Source: Pyrinomonadaceae bacterium (lineage in GTDB: Bacteria; Acidobacteriota; Blastocatellia; Pyrinomonadales; Pyrinomonadaceae). From it: a stretch of 64,000 nt of DNA. Every line of letters starts with the position of its first letter. The first letter of the stretch is position 1. Shown here one piece after another: positions 28,740 to 38,246 of this stretch. The DNA is taken from assembly GCA_031365545.1 (NCBI GenBank), contig JANLYH010000132.1:4571-68570 (forward strand), written 5' to 3'. Both the position numbers and the translations under genes were made by a program. The notes beneath the pieces are model-generated. The model saw only the letters and a list, made by a program, of their open reading frames with translations. It searched no databases and was not told where the DNA came from.

Positions 28740-30230
28740 ATGCAAACGCAAGACTCGAATACCCTCGTTCAGGATTTCTTCGAAGGCCCTTTGTCACTAT
28801 TGCTGACGGCCGCTTTCGAGGCCTTGCCTGACGCTGCATACTTGTTTGGCGGTGACGGACGTCTGCTTAAAGCGAACCGGGCGGCGGCGCTCTTGCCGGG
28901 TGGCATGCCGTTGCCAGAAACAACCTGCTGCGAAATGTTTTGGCAGGGTGCGGGCGCCGACGGCTGTGTTGTCGATCGTGCCATGCAGACTCGCAGCAAA
29001 GTGGAAGTTGAAATCCAGGTAGCCTCCGAATCCGTGGGTTCGATCTCAATAACCGTAGAGCCTCTCAAAGACGACACGACGCAACCAGCGGCGCTTGTAA
29101 TTGCTCGGGACATATCCGATCTGCGTCGGGCCGAGGCCGAGGCAATGGCACATAAGTCGTTTATCGCGAGCATCGCCGACCGTACTCCCGACGAGATCTA
29201 TGCGTTGGACCCCGGCAATCGCATCACCTGGATGAATGAGCGGGCGCAGGCCTCCAAGCTCACAGCGATTACCGGCGGCAGTTTTCTCGATATTGTCTCG
29301 GCGGATTCTCGGGAACTCACTGAAGAAAACCTACGTCGCACGTTGCTGGGCGACGACACAGACTATGAAGTTCGCCTGAGCGATCTCCACGGCTCGATGC
29401 GTCATGCCGAAGCTCACACCTCACCTCTTTGGAAAAATGGCGAGATTGATGGCGTGCTCATTTTTCTGCACGATGTTACTGACCGCAAGCGCGAGCACGA
29501 GTTGATGGCGCAGTCAGATAAGCTTCGTGCGGTGGGCGAATTAGCTGCCGGCGTCGCGCACAACCTGAACAACTCATTGACTGTGATCCAGGGTCGCGCA
29601 CAACTATTGCTCAGGAATGCCACCGATGAGGTGTCATCCACGAGTCTGCAAGTGATAACCAATGCGGTGGAAGATGGCACCAAGACGCTGCGCCGCATAC
29701 TCGAGTTTGCACGGCGCGATTCCAGAAATGAATTTGCTCCGGTAGAGCTGACTTACGTCATAACGTCGAGCATCGATATCGCCCGGCCGAAGTGGCAGAG
29801 CAAATCGCGGAAAGGCACGATTGAGGTCAAGGTTGAAGGTGGCGCACCCGTCTACGTCCTGGGCGAACAGGCCGAACTGCGTGAAGTAGTGCTGAATCTG
29901 ATTTTCAACGCGGTCGACGCAATGCCTGAAGGTGGCGTAATGGAAATCGGCGTGCGCGCTGAGATTGAAAGCGGCTGCTTCTGGGTCGCGGACACCGGCT
30001 GCGGCATGCCGTCAGAGACCGCTTCAAGAATCTTCGAACCGTTTTTCACGACCAAGGGCAAACTCGGAAGTGGCCTGGGCCTTTCCGCCTCTCACGGCAT
30101 CATTACACGGCACAACGGAGAAATCCTGGTTGTAAGCGAACCCGGCGAGGGCACGCGCTTTGAAGTTCGTTTGCCGATCTGCGAAAAAACCGATCGCATG
30201 GTGAAGCGGACTGAGGCGTCAGAAGAATAG
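28740..30230 (+). CDS. PAS-domain sensor histidine kinase
   Basis: Two PAS-like segments, the H-box AGVAHNLNNSL, the N-box LNLIFNAVDAM, G1 DTGCGM and G2 GSGLGLS. Confidence 0.85.
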   Translation: MQTQDSNTLVQDFFEGPLSLLLTAAFEALPDAAYLFGGDGRLLKANRAAALLPGGMPLPETTCCEMFWQGAGADGCVVDRAMQTRSKVEVEIQVASESVGSISITVEPLKDDTTQPAALVIARDISDLRRAEAEAMAHKSFIASIADRTPDEIYALDPGNRITWMNERAQASKLTAITGGSFLDIVSADSRELTEENLRRTLLGDDTDYEVRLSDLHGSMRHAEAHTSPLWKNGEIDGVLIFLHDVTDRKREHELMAQSDKLRAVGELAAGVAHNLNNSLTVIQGRAQLLLRNATDEVSSTSLQVITNAVEDGTKTLRRILEFARRDSRNEFAPVELTYVITSSIDIARPKWQSKSRKGTIEVKVEGGAPVYVLGEQAELREVVLNLIFNAVDAMPEGGVMEIGVRAEIESGCFWVADTGCGMPSETASRIFEPFFTTKGKLGSGLGLSASHGIITRHNGEILVVSEPGEGTRFEVRLPICEKTDRMVKRTEASEE

Positions 30231-30290
30231 CTCAGCTATGATCGGGTTAGCGCCTCTCCGAAACCATGTAACCTCGAACCGTTGATCCGA

Positions 30291-31283
30291 TCAGAGAAGA
30301 CCAGTTAAATCCAGAAATCCCAACTGGCCGTCTGGAAGAATCGCAAAACAATAATTGGCCTTGCAAGCAGGAACCGAAGAGATTTCTCCGGGGTAGTTTT
30401 TCCACTCCCATTCGCCCTTTTTCCCTACCTCATGTCCTAACCAGAGGGTTGAGTCTGTTCCACGCACCGCTAAGATCGGTTGACCGAAGGGATTTTGAAC
30501 AAATGCGTTTACACCGCCAATGGCCTGCCCACCGACTCTTGTCCACTCGCCGGCTTTTTCTACCCAGACCGCATCGTCAGTGCCCACGACATAACAAGTG
30601 ATGAAAGAGTAGGGCACTGCGATAGGTTTGCCAAAGGCGCCCATCCTCGCCACGCAGGAAGGGCGCCCCTTTAACGCTCCCCCCATTGATTTCCAATAGT
30701 TGCCGCTTCCCTGCCCAGGCCCGGTGGGCGCATACCAAAGAGCATTGTCCTCAGCGCCTGCAAATACATTGTAGTTAGCCCCATTCCCATTGAAAACCAC
30801 ATCCGGGTCGGAAGTTAGAAACTTTCCATATCCATATTTGCCGGCATATCCATGATCACTGCCCTTTTCAGTCACGATCCGGTACAACTGGCCGCCCTTC
30901 TTAAAGTAACAAACGAATGTTGCAACTGATTCGGATTCTTTAGCGCAAGCTGGGGCCGAGCCTAAAGAGATATCGCTTTTGTGCCTGGTAAAGCTTCCCC
31001 AGGTCTTCCCCTTGTCCTTGGAGTCAATCGTCCACAGAGCGTCATCCGTCCCCACACCAAAAACGTTAATTTCACCGTTGTCGTAGGCCAGAACTGACAA
31101 GCCTCGCTGTAACTCTCCACCCAGGGGGACCCAGGCTGGCGTCTTCGGAGCCACCGCAGCGGGCTTAGAACCTTTCTCCAGGTCCTGGGCATAGCACTGA
31201 TTCAGGAAGCTCGGCGTAAGTCCGAAGATTTGCGCCCCAAGACCTATGACAATAATAGCTTTGATAAGTTTTTGTTTTTTCAT
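30291..31283 (-). CDS. Secreted repeat protein, predicted beta-propeller (DUF346/tectonin/PLL-lectin-like blades)
   Basis: The start is trimmed to ATG 31283 (MKKQKLIKAIIVIGLGAQIFG signal). Recurring blade motif: VFGVGTDDALW, VFAGAEDNALW, YVVGTDDAVW, AVRGTDSTLW, each followed by a W..GG segment. Confidence 0.6.
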   Translation of the reverse strand: MKKQKLIKAIIVIGLGAQIFGLTPSFLNQCYAQDLEKGSKPAAVAPKTPAWVPLGGELQRGLSVLAYDNGEINVFGVGTDDALWTIDSKDKGKTWGSFTRHKSDISLGSAPACAKESESVATFVCYFKKGGQLYRIVTEKGSDHGYAGKYGYGKFLTSDPDVVFNGNGANYNVFAGAEDNALWYAPTGPGQGSGNYWKSMGGALKGRPSCVARMGAFGKPIAVPYSFITCYVVGTDDAVWVEKAGEWTRVGGQAIGGVNAFVQNPFGQPILAVRGTDSTLWLGHEVGKKGEWEWKNYPGEISSVPACKANYCFAILPDGQLGFLDLTGLL

Positions 31284-31605
31284 TTGGATTCCTCTCAGAG
31301 TTCTATTGGCGCAGCCTACCATCTTTCCTTCGCGAGTGTCGGTATATTTGTTCTTTGAAATCTTTCCGCGAGACTGTCCGGTTTGTCGCTGAAAGTTGCG
31401 GCTCTCTGGGTCTGCAGTTTACGCGCTTTGATTCAGTACGCGATAACAGGTTTGCTTCGGGATCAGGTGGCGCGAGCGAGAATCCCAGAGCATGGTTTAG
31501 TATTGGGTCTGGTGCGGGTTTAGTCTGGATGACAAACCAATTCTTGTGTACATTCGATTCGCCCTGAAAGAGTATCTAGCTTGAGCCGGCAGCAAAGTTC
31601 CCGCG

Positions 31606-32727
31606 TTGAAAATTCTTCAGATCAGTTCAGCTCAATCTCTTGGTGGCGGCGAGCGCCATCTTGCCGATCTCGCTAATGGCCTTGTAGGTCGCGGGCATGA
31701 GGTCCATGTTGCGCTCCGGCCAAACTCGCCCTTGGCCGGCGAGCTGCACAGAGTTTCAAGAGAAAATATTTGCACCCTGCCTTTGCGCAACTCCCTCGAC
31801 GTGACGAGCGCTCAGGCTCTCGCAAGGCTGGTGCGCAAAGAGAAGATTGAGATCGTACATGCCCACATGGCGCGCGACTATCCGCTGGCGGCATATGCCG
31901 CGCGCCGGAATCCCGGATCAGAGTTAATAGTGACGCGTCATGTGCTGTTCCCGCTAAACCGCTTGCATCGGGTGACGCTTGCAAAGGCCGCACGAATCAT
32001 CGCTGTCTCGCAAGCAGTTGCCGATCAACTACTGGCCGACGCTATTGCCCCTGTCGAAAAGATCAGCGTCGTGCTGAATGGGATTGATACCGCGAAGTTC
32101 CTGAACGAAGGGACGGAACTGAATCGCCGAACGTTTATTGAGAATTGGAAACTCCCGGCAGATACTTTGCTTGTAGGAACCGTCGGTGAGTTGACGCCAC
32201 TTAAGGGACAGGAAGAGTTTCTCCGCGCCGCTTCGCAAATACTGAGGCAGGTCCCAAATGCGGTTTTCATAATCGCCGGTATTGATCATTCACCAAGTAG
32301 CAAACATCAGGCGCGGCTCGTGCAGTTAATTGACGAACTGCAATTGTCAGCGCACGTCAGGCTGGTAGGCTGGCTCGAGGGGCTGGCGCAACTCTATTGC
32401 GCTTTGGACGTCTTTGTTTCTGCTTCCCACACCGAATCCTTCGGCCTCGCGATCGCTGAGGCGATGGCGAGCGCGACGGCGGTGGTGGCAACTGAAACCG
32501 CAGGTGTGCGCGAGTTAGTAAAAGCTAACGAGACTGGTCTGCTGGTTCCCATCGCGGACGTCAACCAGTTAGCAGCAGCGATTTTACTCCTGCTCGAAGA
32601 TGAGGACGAGCGGATTCGTCTGGGCAAGTCGGCCCAACACTTTGCCGCAAAAAACTTTGGCGTTGAGCGAATGATTGCCGAAACTGAAGGGATATATCGG
32701 GCTGAAGCCGGGTCGGGTAAGGCTTAG
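31606..32727 (+). CDS. GT4-family glycosyltransferase
   Basis: MKILQISSAQSLGGGERH N-terminus and the E-x7-E motif ESFGLAIAEAMASATAVVATETAG. TTG start. Confidence 0.85.
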   Translation: MKILQISSAQSLGGGERHLADLANGLVGRGHEVHVALRPNSPLAGELHRVSRENICTLPLRNSLDVTSAQALARLVRKEKIEIVHAHMARDYPLAAYAARRNPGSELIVTRHVLFPLNRLHRVTLAKAARIIAVSQAVADQLLADAIAPVEKISVVLNGIDTAKFLNEGTELNRRTFIENWKLPADTLLVGTVGELTPLKGQEEFLRAASQILRQVPNAVFIIAGIDHSPSSKHQARLVQLIDELQLSAHVRLVGWLEGLAQLYCALDVFVSASHTESFGLAIAEAMASATAVVATETAGVRELVKANETGLLVPIADVNQLAAAILLLLEDEDERIRLGKSAQHFAAKNFGVERMIAETEGIYRAEAGSGKA

Positions 32728-33062
32728 TCGTGAATTGACTTAAGCCGGTCAATCTTGGCCGCGAGGATAAAATCGCTTTCAGTCAAGCCATCAATCTTAT
32801 GGGTCCAGATAGTAATTTCGGCGTGACCCCAACCATAACAAACGTCCGGATGGTGCCACTGCTCCTCAGCGAGTTCACCGACTTTATTCACAAACTCCTG
32901 CGTAGCTTTGAAGTCGCCAAACTTATACTCCCTACGCAGGTGATGTTCGCCAACTACTTCCCAGCCCTCAAGCTGATTTAGCAGCGCAGCGATCGCATCC
33001 GCGTCTAATGGCGGCACGCCACCACGACAGGGGACACATTGACGTCCCGCCAGTTCACTCAT
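32724..33062 (-). CDS. phhB: Pterin-4-alpha-carbinolamine dehydratase
   Basis: LEGWEV..L.REYKFGDF..A.EFVNKVGELAEEQWHHPD...THKIDGLTESDF, the classic PCD/DCoH pattern. Its 3' end overlaps the convergent GT4 gene by 4 nt. Confidence 0.85.
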   Translation of the reverse strand: MSELAGRQCVPCRGGVPPLDADAIAALLNQLEGWEVVGEHHLRREYKFGDFKATQEFVNKVGELAEEQWHHPDVCYGWGHAEITIWTHKIDGLTESDFILAAKIDRLKSIHD

Positions 33063-33094
33063 AATGATTACCTCGACTTAATCGTTGCAGGTCC

Positions 33095-33331
33095 TTAGCA
33101 ATTGTCTTCATCCGAATTCCTCAAACCGCCTAGCGTCTCCAGTTCATCCCGCAAGTTCTCCCGTTCCAGGTAGAGTTTAGCCAGTGGACCCGTCAGGGCG
33201 AGATTCTCGCCTTGTGTTGGATCGAAACCGCGGGCGCTCAGCTCACGGCTCAGTTGCTCATCTACAGCGTGAAGTTTCTGCTCGAGTTGTGTCCGCGCCG
33301 ACTCTAACGAAGACTGTTCAGGATTGGGCAT
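33095..33331 (-). CDS. Small hypothetical coiled-coil protein (78 aa)
   Basis: The ORF lies 32 nt upstream of phhB on the same strand. It has heptad-like charged sequence, no recognisable SD and no motif. Confidence 0.35.
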   Translation of the reverse strand: MPNPEQSSLESARTQLEQKLHAVDEQLSRELSARGFDPTQGENLALTGPLAKLYLERENLRDELETLGGLRNSDEDNC

Positions 33332-33567
33332 GCTGAAACATTCTACACTCAGTTTGCTCGCTGGGTGCGTCAGCAGGAAGGCGCGGCCGGGAGAGCGCTC
33401 GGGTTTGCAGGATTATTTTAAGGGTTGGTTTCCCCGCTTGCTAAGACCACGCGCCAACGGATAGTCTTATTCAACAAGCTCCTTAAATCAAAAACGTTTG
33501 GCAAAAATGCGCAGCCAGAATTCTACCGATAAGCAATTGTTGTCGGTGTCTGCGCCGGGAGGAATTA

Positions 33568-34794
33568 GTGGCAGTCATTCGCCCTTTTAGAGCTTTGCGT
33601 CCAGAGGCTAACCGGGCCAGCGACGTAGCGAGTGTTCCTTACGATGTAGTCAACACTGAAGAAGCTCGTGCCCTGGCGGCAAATAATCCCTTGAGTTTCC
33701 TACACGTGTCGCGGCCGGAGATAGACATGCCGGAGGGCACGGATCCTCATGGCGATCCAGTTTATCGTCGGGCCCTGCAGAACTTCGAAAAACTCAGCAA
33801 AGATTGTCCGCTAGTAACAGAAGAGACTCCAAGCCTTTACCTGTATCGCCTGATTATGGGAGACCACGAACAAATTGGCCTGGTTGCTTGTTGTTCTGTA
33901 GACGAGTATGACCAGAACATCATTCGCAAACACGAACGCACCCGGCGCGATAAGGAAGATGATCGCACCAGGCACATGACGGTGCTGCGAGCCCAAACGG
34001 GTCCGGTGTTTCTCACCTACAGAGCCAGCCGCAATATCGATACGATGGTGATGGAAGTGACGGTGACGAACGCTTTGTTCGACTTTGTCGCGGCTGACGG
34101 AGTTCAACATACGGTGTGGCACGTGCCCGACGCCGTACGCTTTGTTCATGAGTTTCGCGAGATCCCGTTTCTTTATATTGCTGACGGTCATCACCGCGCC
34201 GCGAGCGCCGCCCGAGCGCGCGCTGAGTTCGAGGAACAAAGCTTCGGACATACGGGCGACGAAGAATACAACTTCTTCCTGGCGGTAATATTCCCCGACG
34301 AGCAAATGCAGATACTTCCCTACAACCGGGCGGTGAAGGATTTAAATGGTCTTTCAAGCGATGAATTCCTTGCTGCTGTCCGGCAAACCTTTGTCGTGGA
34401 CGAAAATGGAGCTGACACGGCAGAACAGCGCGGCGAGTGGTGCATGTACCTGGCTGGTCGGTGGTATACCTTGAAGGTGCGGCCTGATGTAGACGTTACT
34501 CAAGGATTGGTTGAGTCACTCGACGTCAGCGTCCTCCAGGACCGAGTTCTCGATCCCATCCTGGGCATCAAGGACGTTCGCACTGATAAGCGGATCGACT
34601 TCATTGGCGGCGTACGTGGGTCGGAAGAATTGAAACGATTGGTTGACGACGGGAAAGCGGCGGTGGCTTTCTCGTTGTATCCAACTACAATTACAGATCT
34701 TTTGCAGGTTTCCGATGCCGGGGAAATCATGCCGCCGAAGTCGACCTGGTTTGAGCCGAAGCTGCGTGATGGTTTATTGATTCATACGATTTGA
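33568..34794 (+). CDS. DUF1015-domain protein
   Basis: GTG start with a GGGAGGA SD. RALRP..., SFLHVSRPE and IADGHHR motifs are characteristic of DUF1015. Confidence 0.78.
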   Translation: MAVIRPFRALRPEANRASDVASVPYDVVNTEEARALAANNPLSFLHVSRPEIDMPEGTDPHGDPVYRRALQNFEKLSKDCPLVTEETPSLYLYRLIMGDHEQIGLVACCSVDEYDQNIIRKHERTRRDKEDDRTRHMTVLRAQTGPVFLTYRASRNIDTMVMEVTVTNALFDFVAADGVQHTVWHVPDAVRFVHEFREIPFLYIADGHHRAASAARARAEFEEQSFGHTGDEEYNFFLAVIFPDEQMQILPYNRAVKDLNGLSSDEFLAAVRQTFVVDENGADTAEQRGEWCMYLAGRWYTLKVRPDVDVTQGLVESLDVSVLQDRVLDPILGIKDVRTDKRIDFIGGVRGSEELKRLVDDGKAAVAFSLYPTTITDLLQVSDAGEIMPPKSTWFEPKLRDGLLIHTI

Positions 34795-34798
34795 CTCA

Positions 34799-34863
34799 GT
34801 CCAAAGTCCAACGTCCAGTGTCCAAAGTACTGGCTACGTGGACGTTGGACCTTGGACCTTGGA
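34799..34863. repeat. Heptamer array (GTCCAAN x4) plus an inverted array (NTTGGAC x4)
   Basis: gtccaaa gtccaac gtccagt gtccaaa (34799-34826), with the partner cgtggac gttggac cttggac cttgga (34837-34863). It lies between the DUF1015 stop and the serA start. Confidence 0.85.
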
Positions 34864-34870
34864 ATATGAA

Positions 34871-36076
34871 ATGCGCGTCTTAATCGCAGACAAATTTGAA
34901 CAATCCGGTCGCGATGGTTTGCAAGCCCTCGGGTGCGAAGTTTCGTTTGAACCAGACCTCAAAGATGATTTGCTGACCGAGGCGATACGTCAGACACAAC
35001 CAGATGTGCTCGTTGTGCGTGGCACCAAGGTTACTGAACCAATGCTCGCGGCAGGCCAAATCAAGCTCGTGGTGCGAGCCGGCGCCGGCTTCAACACGAT
35101 TGACGTCGCGGCGGCTTCACGACGCGGCATTTACGTTTCAAACTGTCCCGGCAAAAACTCCATCGCCGTTGCTGAACTGGCCTTCGCGCTCATGCTCGCG
35201 CTGGATCGGCGAATTGCCGACAACGTGATCACGTTGCGCCAGGGTCAGTGGAACAAAAAAGAGTTTTCGAAAGCGCGTGGACTTTTTGGTCGCACTCTCG
35301 GATTGGTGGGCGTCGGAAAGATTGGCGCGGAAATGATCCCGCGGGCAAATGCTTTCGGAATGCCGGTGGTCGCGTGGAGCCGGAGCCTGACTCCAGAACG
35401 CGCTGCGGACCTCGGCGTTGAATATAAAGCCTCGCCTGCGGATGTCGCTCGTGACGCCGATATAGTTAGCGTTCATGTCGCACTTAACCCCGACACGAAA
35501 GAGTTTTTAGGAACAGAGTTCTTCGCAGCGATGCGCGACGGCGCCTACTTCGTCAACACTGCGCGCGGCGAAGTGGTTGATCAGTCGGCATTGATCAAAG
35601 CAATGAAGGCCCGGGGAATTCGTGCCGGACTCGATGTCTTTGCCGGCGAGCCGACGTCTGCGACTGCCGAGTTCACCGGCGCGATTGCCAAGGAACCAAA
35701 TCTCTACGGCACGCATCACATCGGCGCCTCAACAGATCAGGCGCAGGAAGCGATTGCTGCGGAAACGGTAAGAATCGTTCGTGAGTTTAAAGAAACGGGA
35801 CAAGTTCCCAACGTTGTAAATCTGGCCAGGCAAACACCCGCGACTCATCGCTTGGTTGTCCGTCATCGGGATCGCCCCGGCGTCCTGGCGGTGGTGCTCG
35901 ATGCGCTAAAGAGCGAACACATCAATGTTCAGGAGATGGAAAACATTGTCTTCGAAGGCGCGGAGGCCGCGGTTGCGCGGATCAATCTCGACAAGGCGCC
36001 ATCCAGCGAAGTGCTGCACCGATTGCGTGCCGGGAACGCCGATATCATTGAACTCGACTTGCTGGAGTTGAAGTGA
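34871..36076 (+). CDS. serA: D-3-phosphoglycerate dehydrogenase with a C-terminal ACT domain
   Basis: The start is trimmed to ATG 34871 (MRVLIADKF). NAD fold GLVGVGKIGAEM, the catalytic region HIGAST and the ACT-like HRLVVRHRDRPGVLAVVLDAL. Confidence 0.88.
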   Translation: MRVLIADKFEQSGRDGLQALGCEVSFEPDLKDDLLTEAIRQTQPDVLVVRGTKVTEPMLAAGQIKLVVRAGAGFNTIDVAAASRRGIYVSNCPGKNSIAVAELAFALMLALDRRIADNVITLRQGQWNKKEFSKARGLFGRTLGLVGVGKIGAEMIPRANAFGMPVVAWSRSLTPERAADLGVEYKASPADVARDADIVSVHVALNPDTKEFLGTEFFAAMRDGAYFVNTARGEVVDQSALIKAMKARGIRAGLDVFAGEPTSATAEFTGAIAKEPNLYGTHHIGASTDQAQEAIAAETVRIVREFKETGQVPNVVNLARQTPATHRLVVRHRDRPGVLAVVLDALKSEHINVQEMENIVFEGAEAAVARINLDKAPSSEVLHRLRAGNADIIELDLLELK

Positions 36077-36133
36077 GGCGAAGTACCTGAGAGTCGGTTA
36101 CCTTCCGCTGGCAAGCTCTATGAAGGTTAATAA

Positions 36134-36919
36134 ATGAACACTACCCTCATCACCGGCGCGTCTAGTGGCATCGGCGAAGTCTTTGCTCGTAAGCTGGCTG
36201 CGCTTGGGCGAAATGTTTTGCTCGTCGCCCGCTCCGAAGACAAACTGATCACATTGTGCAATGAGCTCGGCCGCTCCAATAGCATTCGCGCGCAATACGT
36301 GGCGCTTGATCTCAGTAAGCCGGAATCACCGGCCCGCTTGTTTGCAGAAGCTGAGAAGCGTGGCCTCACCATTGACCTGCTGATAAACAATGCCGGGTTC
36401 GGCTCGATGGGGGAGTTTAGCAAGCTCGATCTCGCCTACGAGCAGAACATGATCGATCTCAACGTGAAATCGCTGGTGGAATTGACCCATCTCTTTTTGC
36501 AGCCGATGATTGAACGCCAGCAGGGTGCAATCATCAACGTTGCTTCGACAGCGGCGTTTCAGCCCGTCCCGTTCATGGCAACTTATGCCGCCACCAAGGC
36601 CTTTGTACTTTCGTTTTCAGAAGCGCTTTGGGAAGAGAACCGGGCCCACGGGATCAAGATACTGGCACTCTGTCCCGGTGTGACCGATACAAATTTCTTT
36701 GAAGCCGCTCGTGGTCACAAGCCTCCGGCGCGCGTTTCGCAAACTCCAGAGGAAGTAGTAGACGTGGCGCTGCGCGGGCTCGCTCAGGGGAAGGGTCACA
36801 TTATCTCGGGTTGGACAAATTTTCTGATGACGCAGAGCGAACGTTTCGCGCCGCGCTCATTCATCGTTCGCCTTGCGGGACGCATGATGCGATCACAGCA
36901 GGAGAAAGAAAAGCAGTAA
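36134..36919 (+). CDS. Short-chain dehydrogenase/reductase (SDR)
   Basis: TGASSGIG, NNAG and YAATKA (YxxxK). Confidence 0.88.
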   Translation: MNTTLITGASSGIGEVFARKLAALGRNVLLVARSEDKLITLCNELGRSNSIRAQYVALDLSKPESPARLFAEAEKRGLTIDLLINNAGFGSMGEFSKLDLAYEQNMIDLNVKSLVELTHLFLQPMIERQQGAIINVASTAAFQPVPFMATYAATKAFVLSFSEALWEENRAHGIKILALCPGVTDTNFFEAARGHKPPARVSQTPEEVVDVALRGLAQGKGHIISGWTNFLMTQSERFAPRSFIVRLAGRMMRSQQEKEKQ

Positions 36920-37018
36920 ATGGTAAATCGTGAATCGTAAATAGTAGGGACAGATGTTGGATATCCGGAAAGGTGTTCCATCATCCCTACTATTTACCAT
37001 TCACAACTCACGATTTAC
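36915..37018. repeat. Heptamer array (NGTAAAT-type x5) across the stop codon, plus an inverted array
   Basis: agtaaat ggtaaat cgtgaat cgtaaat agtaggg (36915-36949), with the partner tccctac tatttac cattcac aactcac gatttac (36984-37018). A 14-bp perfect core. It shares the 12-mer aatcgtaaatag with the 18844 locus. Confidence 0.88.
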
Positions 37019-37029
37019 GGGGGTTAACA

Positions 37030-38115
37030 ATGACGGAACGAATCCACAACTTCAGCGCTGGTCCGGCTATGCTTCCAATACCGGTTTTGGAGGAAGCTCA
37101 GCGCGATATGCTGGGCCTTCCGGGCGTTGGTATGTCCGTGATGGAAATCAGCCATCGCTCCAAGACTTTCGACGAGATCTTTGGCCGCGCCGAAGCCGGC
37201 TTGCGACAACTACTCGGCATCCCGGATAACTATCACGTGTTATTCCTGCAAGGGGGAGCGAGTCTGCAGTTCTCAATGATCCCCATGAATCTCCTGCCGG
37301 CGGAAGGTAGCGCTGACTACGTCATCACCGGTAGTTGGGGAAAGAAGGCTTTGAAGGAGGCCAAGCGCGCCGGCGCTACCAACGTCGCTGCCAATATGGC
37401 TGACGGCGGTTTCACCCGCGTTCCGGGAAACGACGAACTGAAACTGGATCCACGGGCCGCTTACGTTCACATTACGACGAACGAAACGATCGAAGGTGTT
37501 GAATGGAAACAGGAACCAGAGGTTGGCGACGTGCCGCTCGTTGCCGACGCTTCGTCTGACATTCTTTCGCATCCAATCCCCGTCGATAAATTTGGTCTGA
37601 TCTATGCCGGGGCGCAGAAGAATATGGGCCCGAGCGGTGTGACGCTCGTTATCATGCGCGACGATCTGTTGCAGCGAATCCCCGACGGCCTGCACACGAT
37701 GCTCGACTTTCGCACTCATGTTGAAAACAAGTCTCTTTACAACACGCCGAACACCTGGGGCATTTACATCATCAGCCTGGTCTGCAAGTGGCTAACCGAC
37801 AAGGGTGGGCTTGAAGCAATGCATCGCGAAAACGAAAAGAAGGCGCAACTCATTTACGACGCGATTGACAAAACCGACTTCTATCGTGGACATGCTGATC
37901 ACGATTCACGGTCCATTATGAACGTGACCTTCCGTCTTCCTTCGGAGGCACTCGAAAAGAAGTTTACTGCGGAAGCGACGGCCCAAGGCCTGGATGGATT
38001 GAAAGGCCATCGTTCAGTTGGCGGCATTCGCGCTTCAATCTATAACGCTTTCCCGTTGACGGGTGTTGCGGCGTTGGTTTCGTTTATGAAAGAGTTTGAA
38101 ACTAAGAACGGCTAG
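37030..38115 (+). CDS. serC: Phosphoserine aminotransferase
   Basis: The start is trimmed to ATG 37030 (MTERIHNFSAGPAMLP). The GAQKNMGPSGVT PLP-Lys region and a length of 361 aa fit SerC. Confidence 0.92.
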   Translation: MTERIHNFSAGPAMLPIPVLEEAQRDMLGLPGVGMSVMEISHRSKTFDEIFGRAEAGLRQLLGIPDNYHVLFLQGGASLQFSMIPMNLLPAEGSADYVITGSWGKKALKEAKRAGATNVAANMADGGFTRVPGNDELKLDPRAAYVHITTNETIEGVEWKQEPEVGDVPLVADASSDILSHPIPVDKFGLIYAGAQKNMGPSGVTLVIMRDDLLQRIPDGLHTMLDFRTHVENKSLYNTPNTWGIYIISLVCKWLTDKGGLEAMHRENEKKAQLIYDAIDKTDFYRGHADHDSRSIMNVTFRLPSEALEKKFTAEATAQGLDGLKGHRSVGGIRASIYNAFPLTGVAALVSFMKEFETKNG

Positions 38116-38246
38116 TTTGTTCGGCGAATTCGTTTGCTATTGTTGCCCGCTGACTTTACGCGGCTTCTCCCTCACCCGCCTCGATTCCGCTTAATACTCT
38201 GCCGCCTGGCGTCCTTTTCCCCACATTACGTTTACAATGTCTCGCA

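Noticed and set aside
31355-31567. A 70-aa ORF in the divergent region between the propeller protein and the GT4 gene.
   Set aside because: It has no SD or motif, and it occupies what is most simply a 322-nt divergent promoter region.
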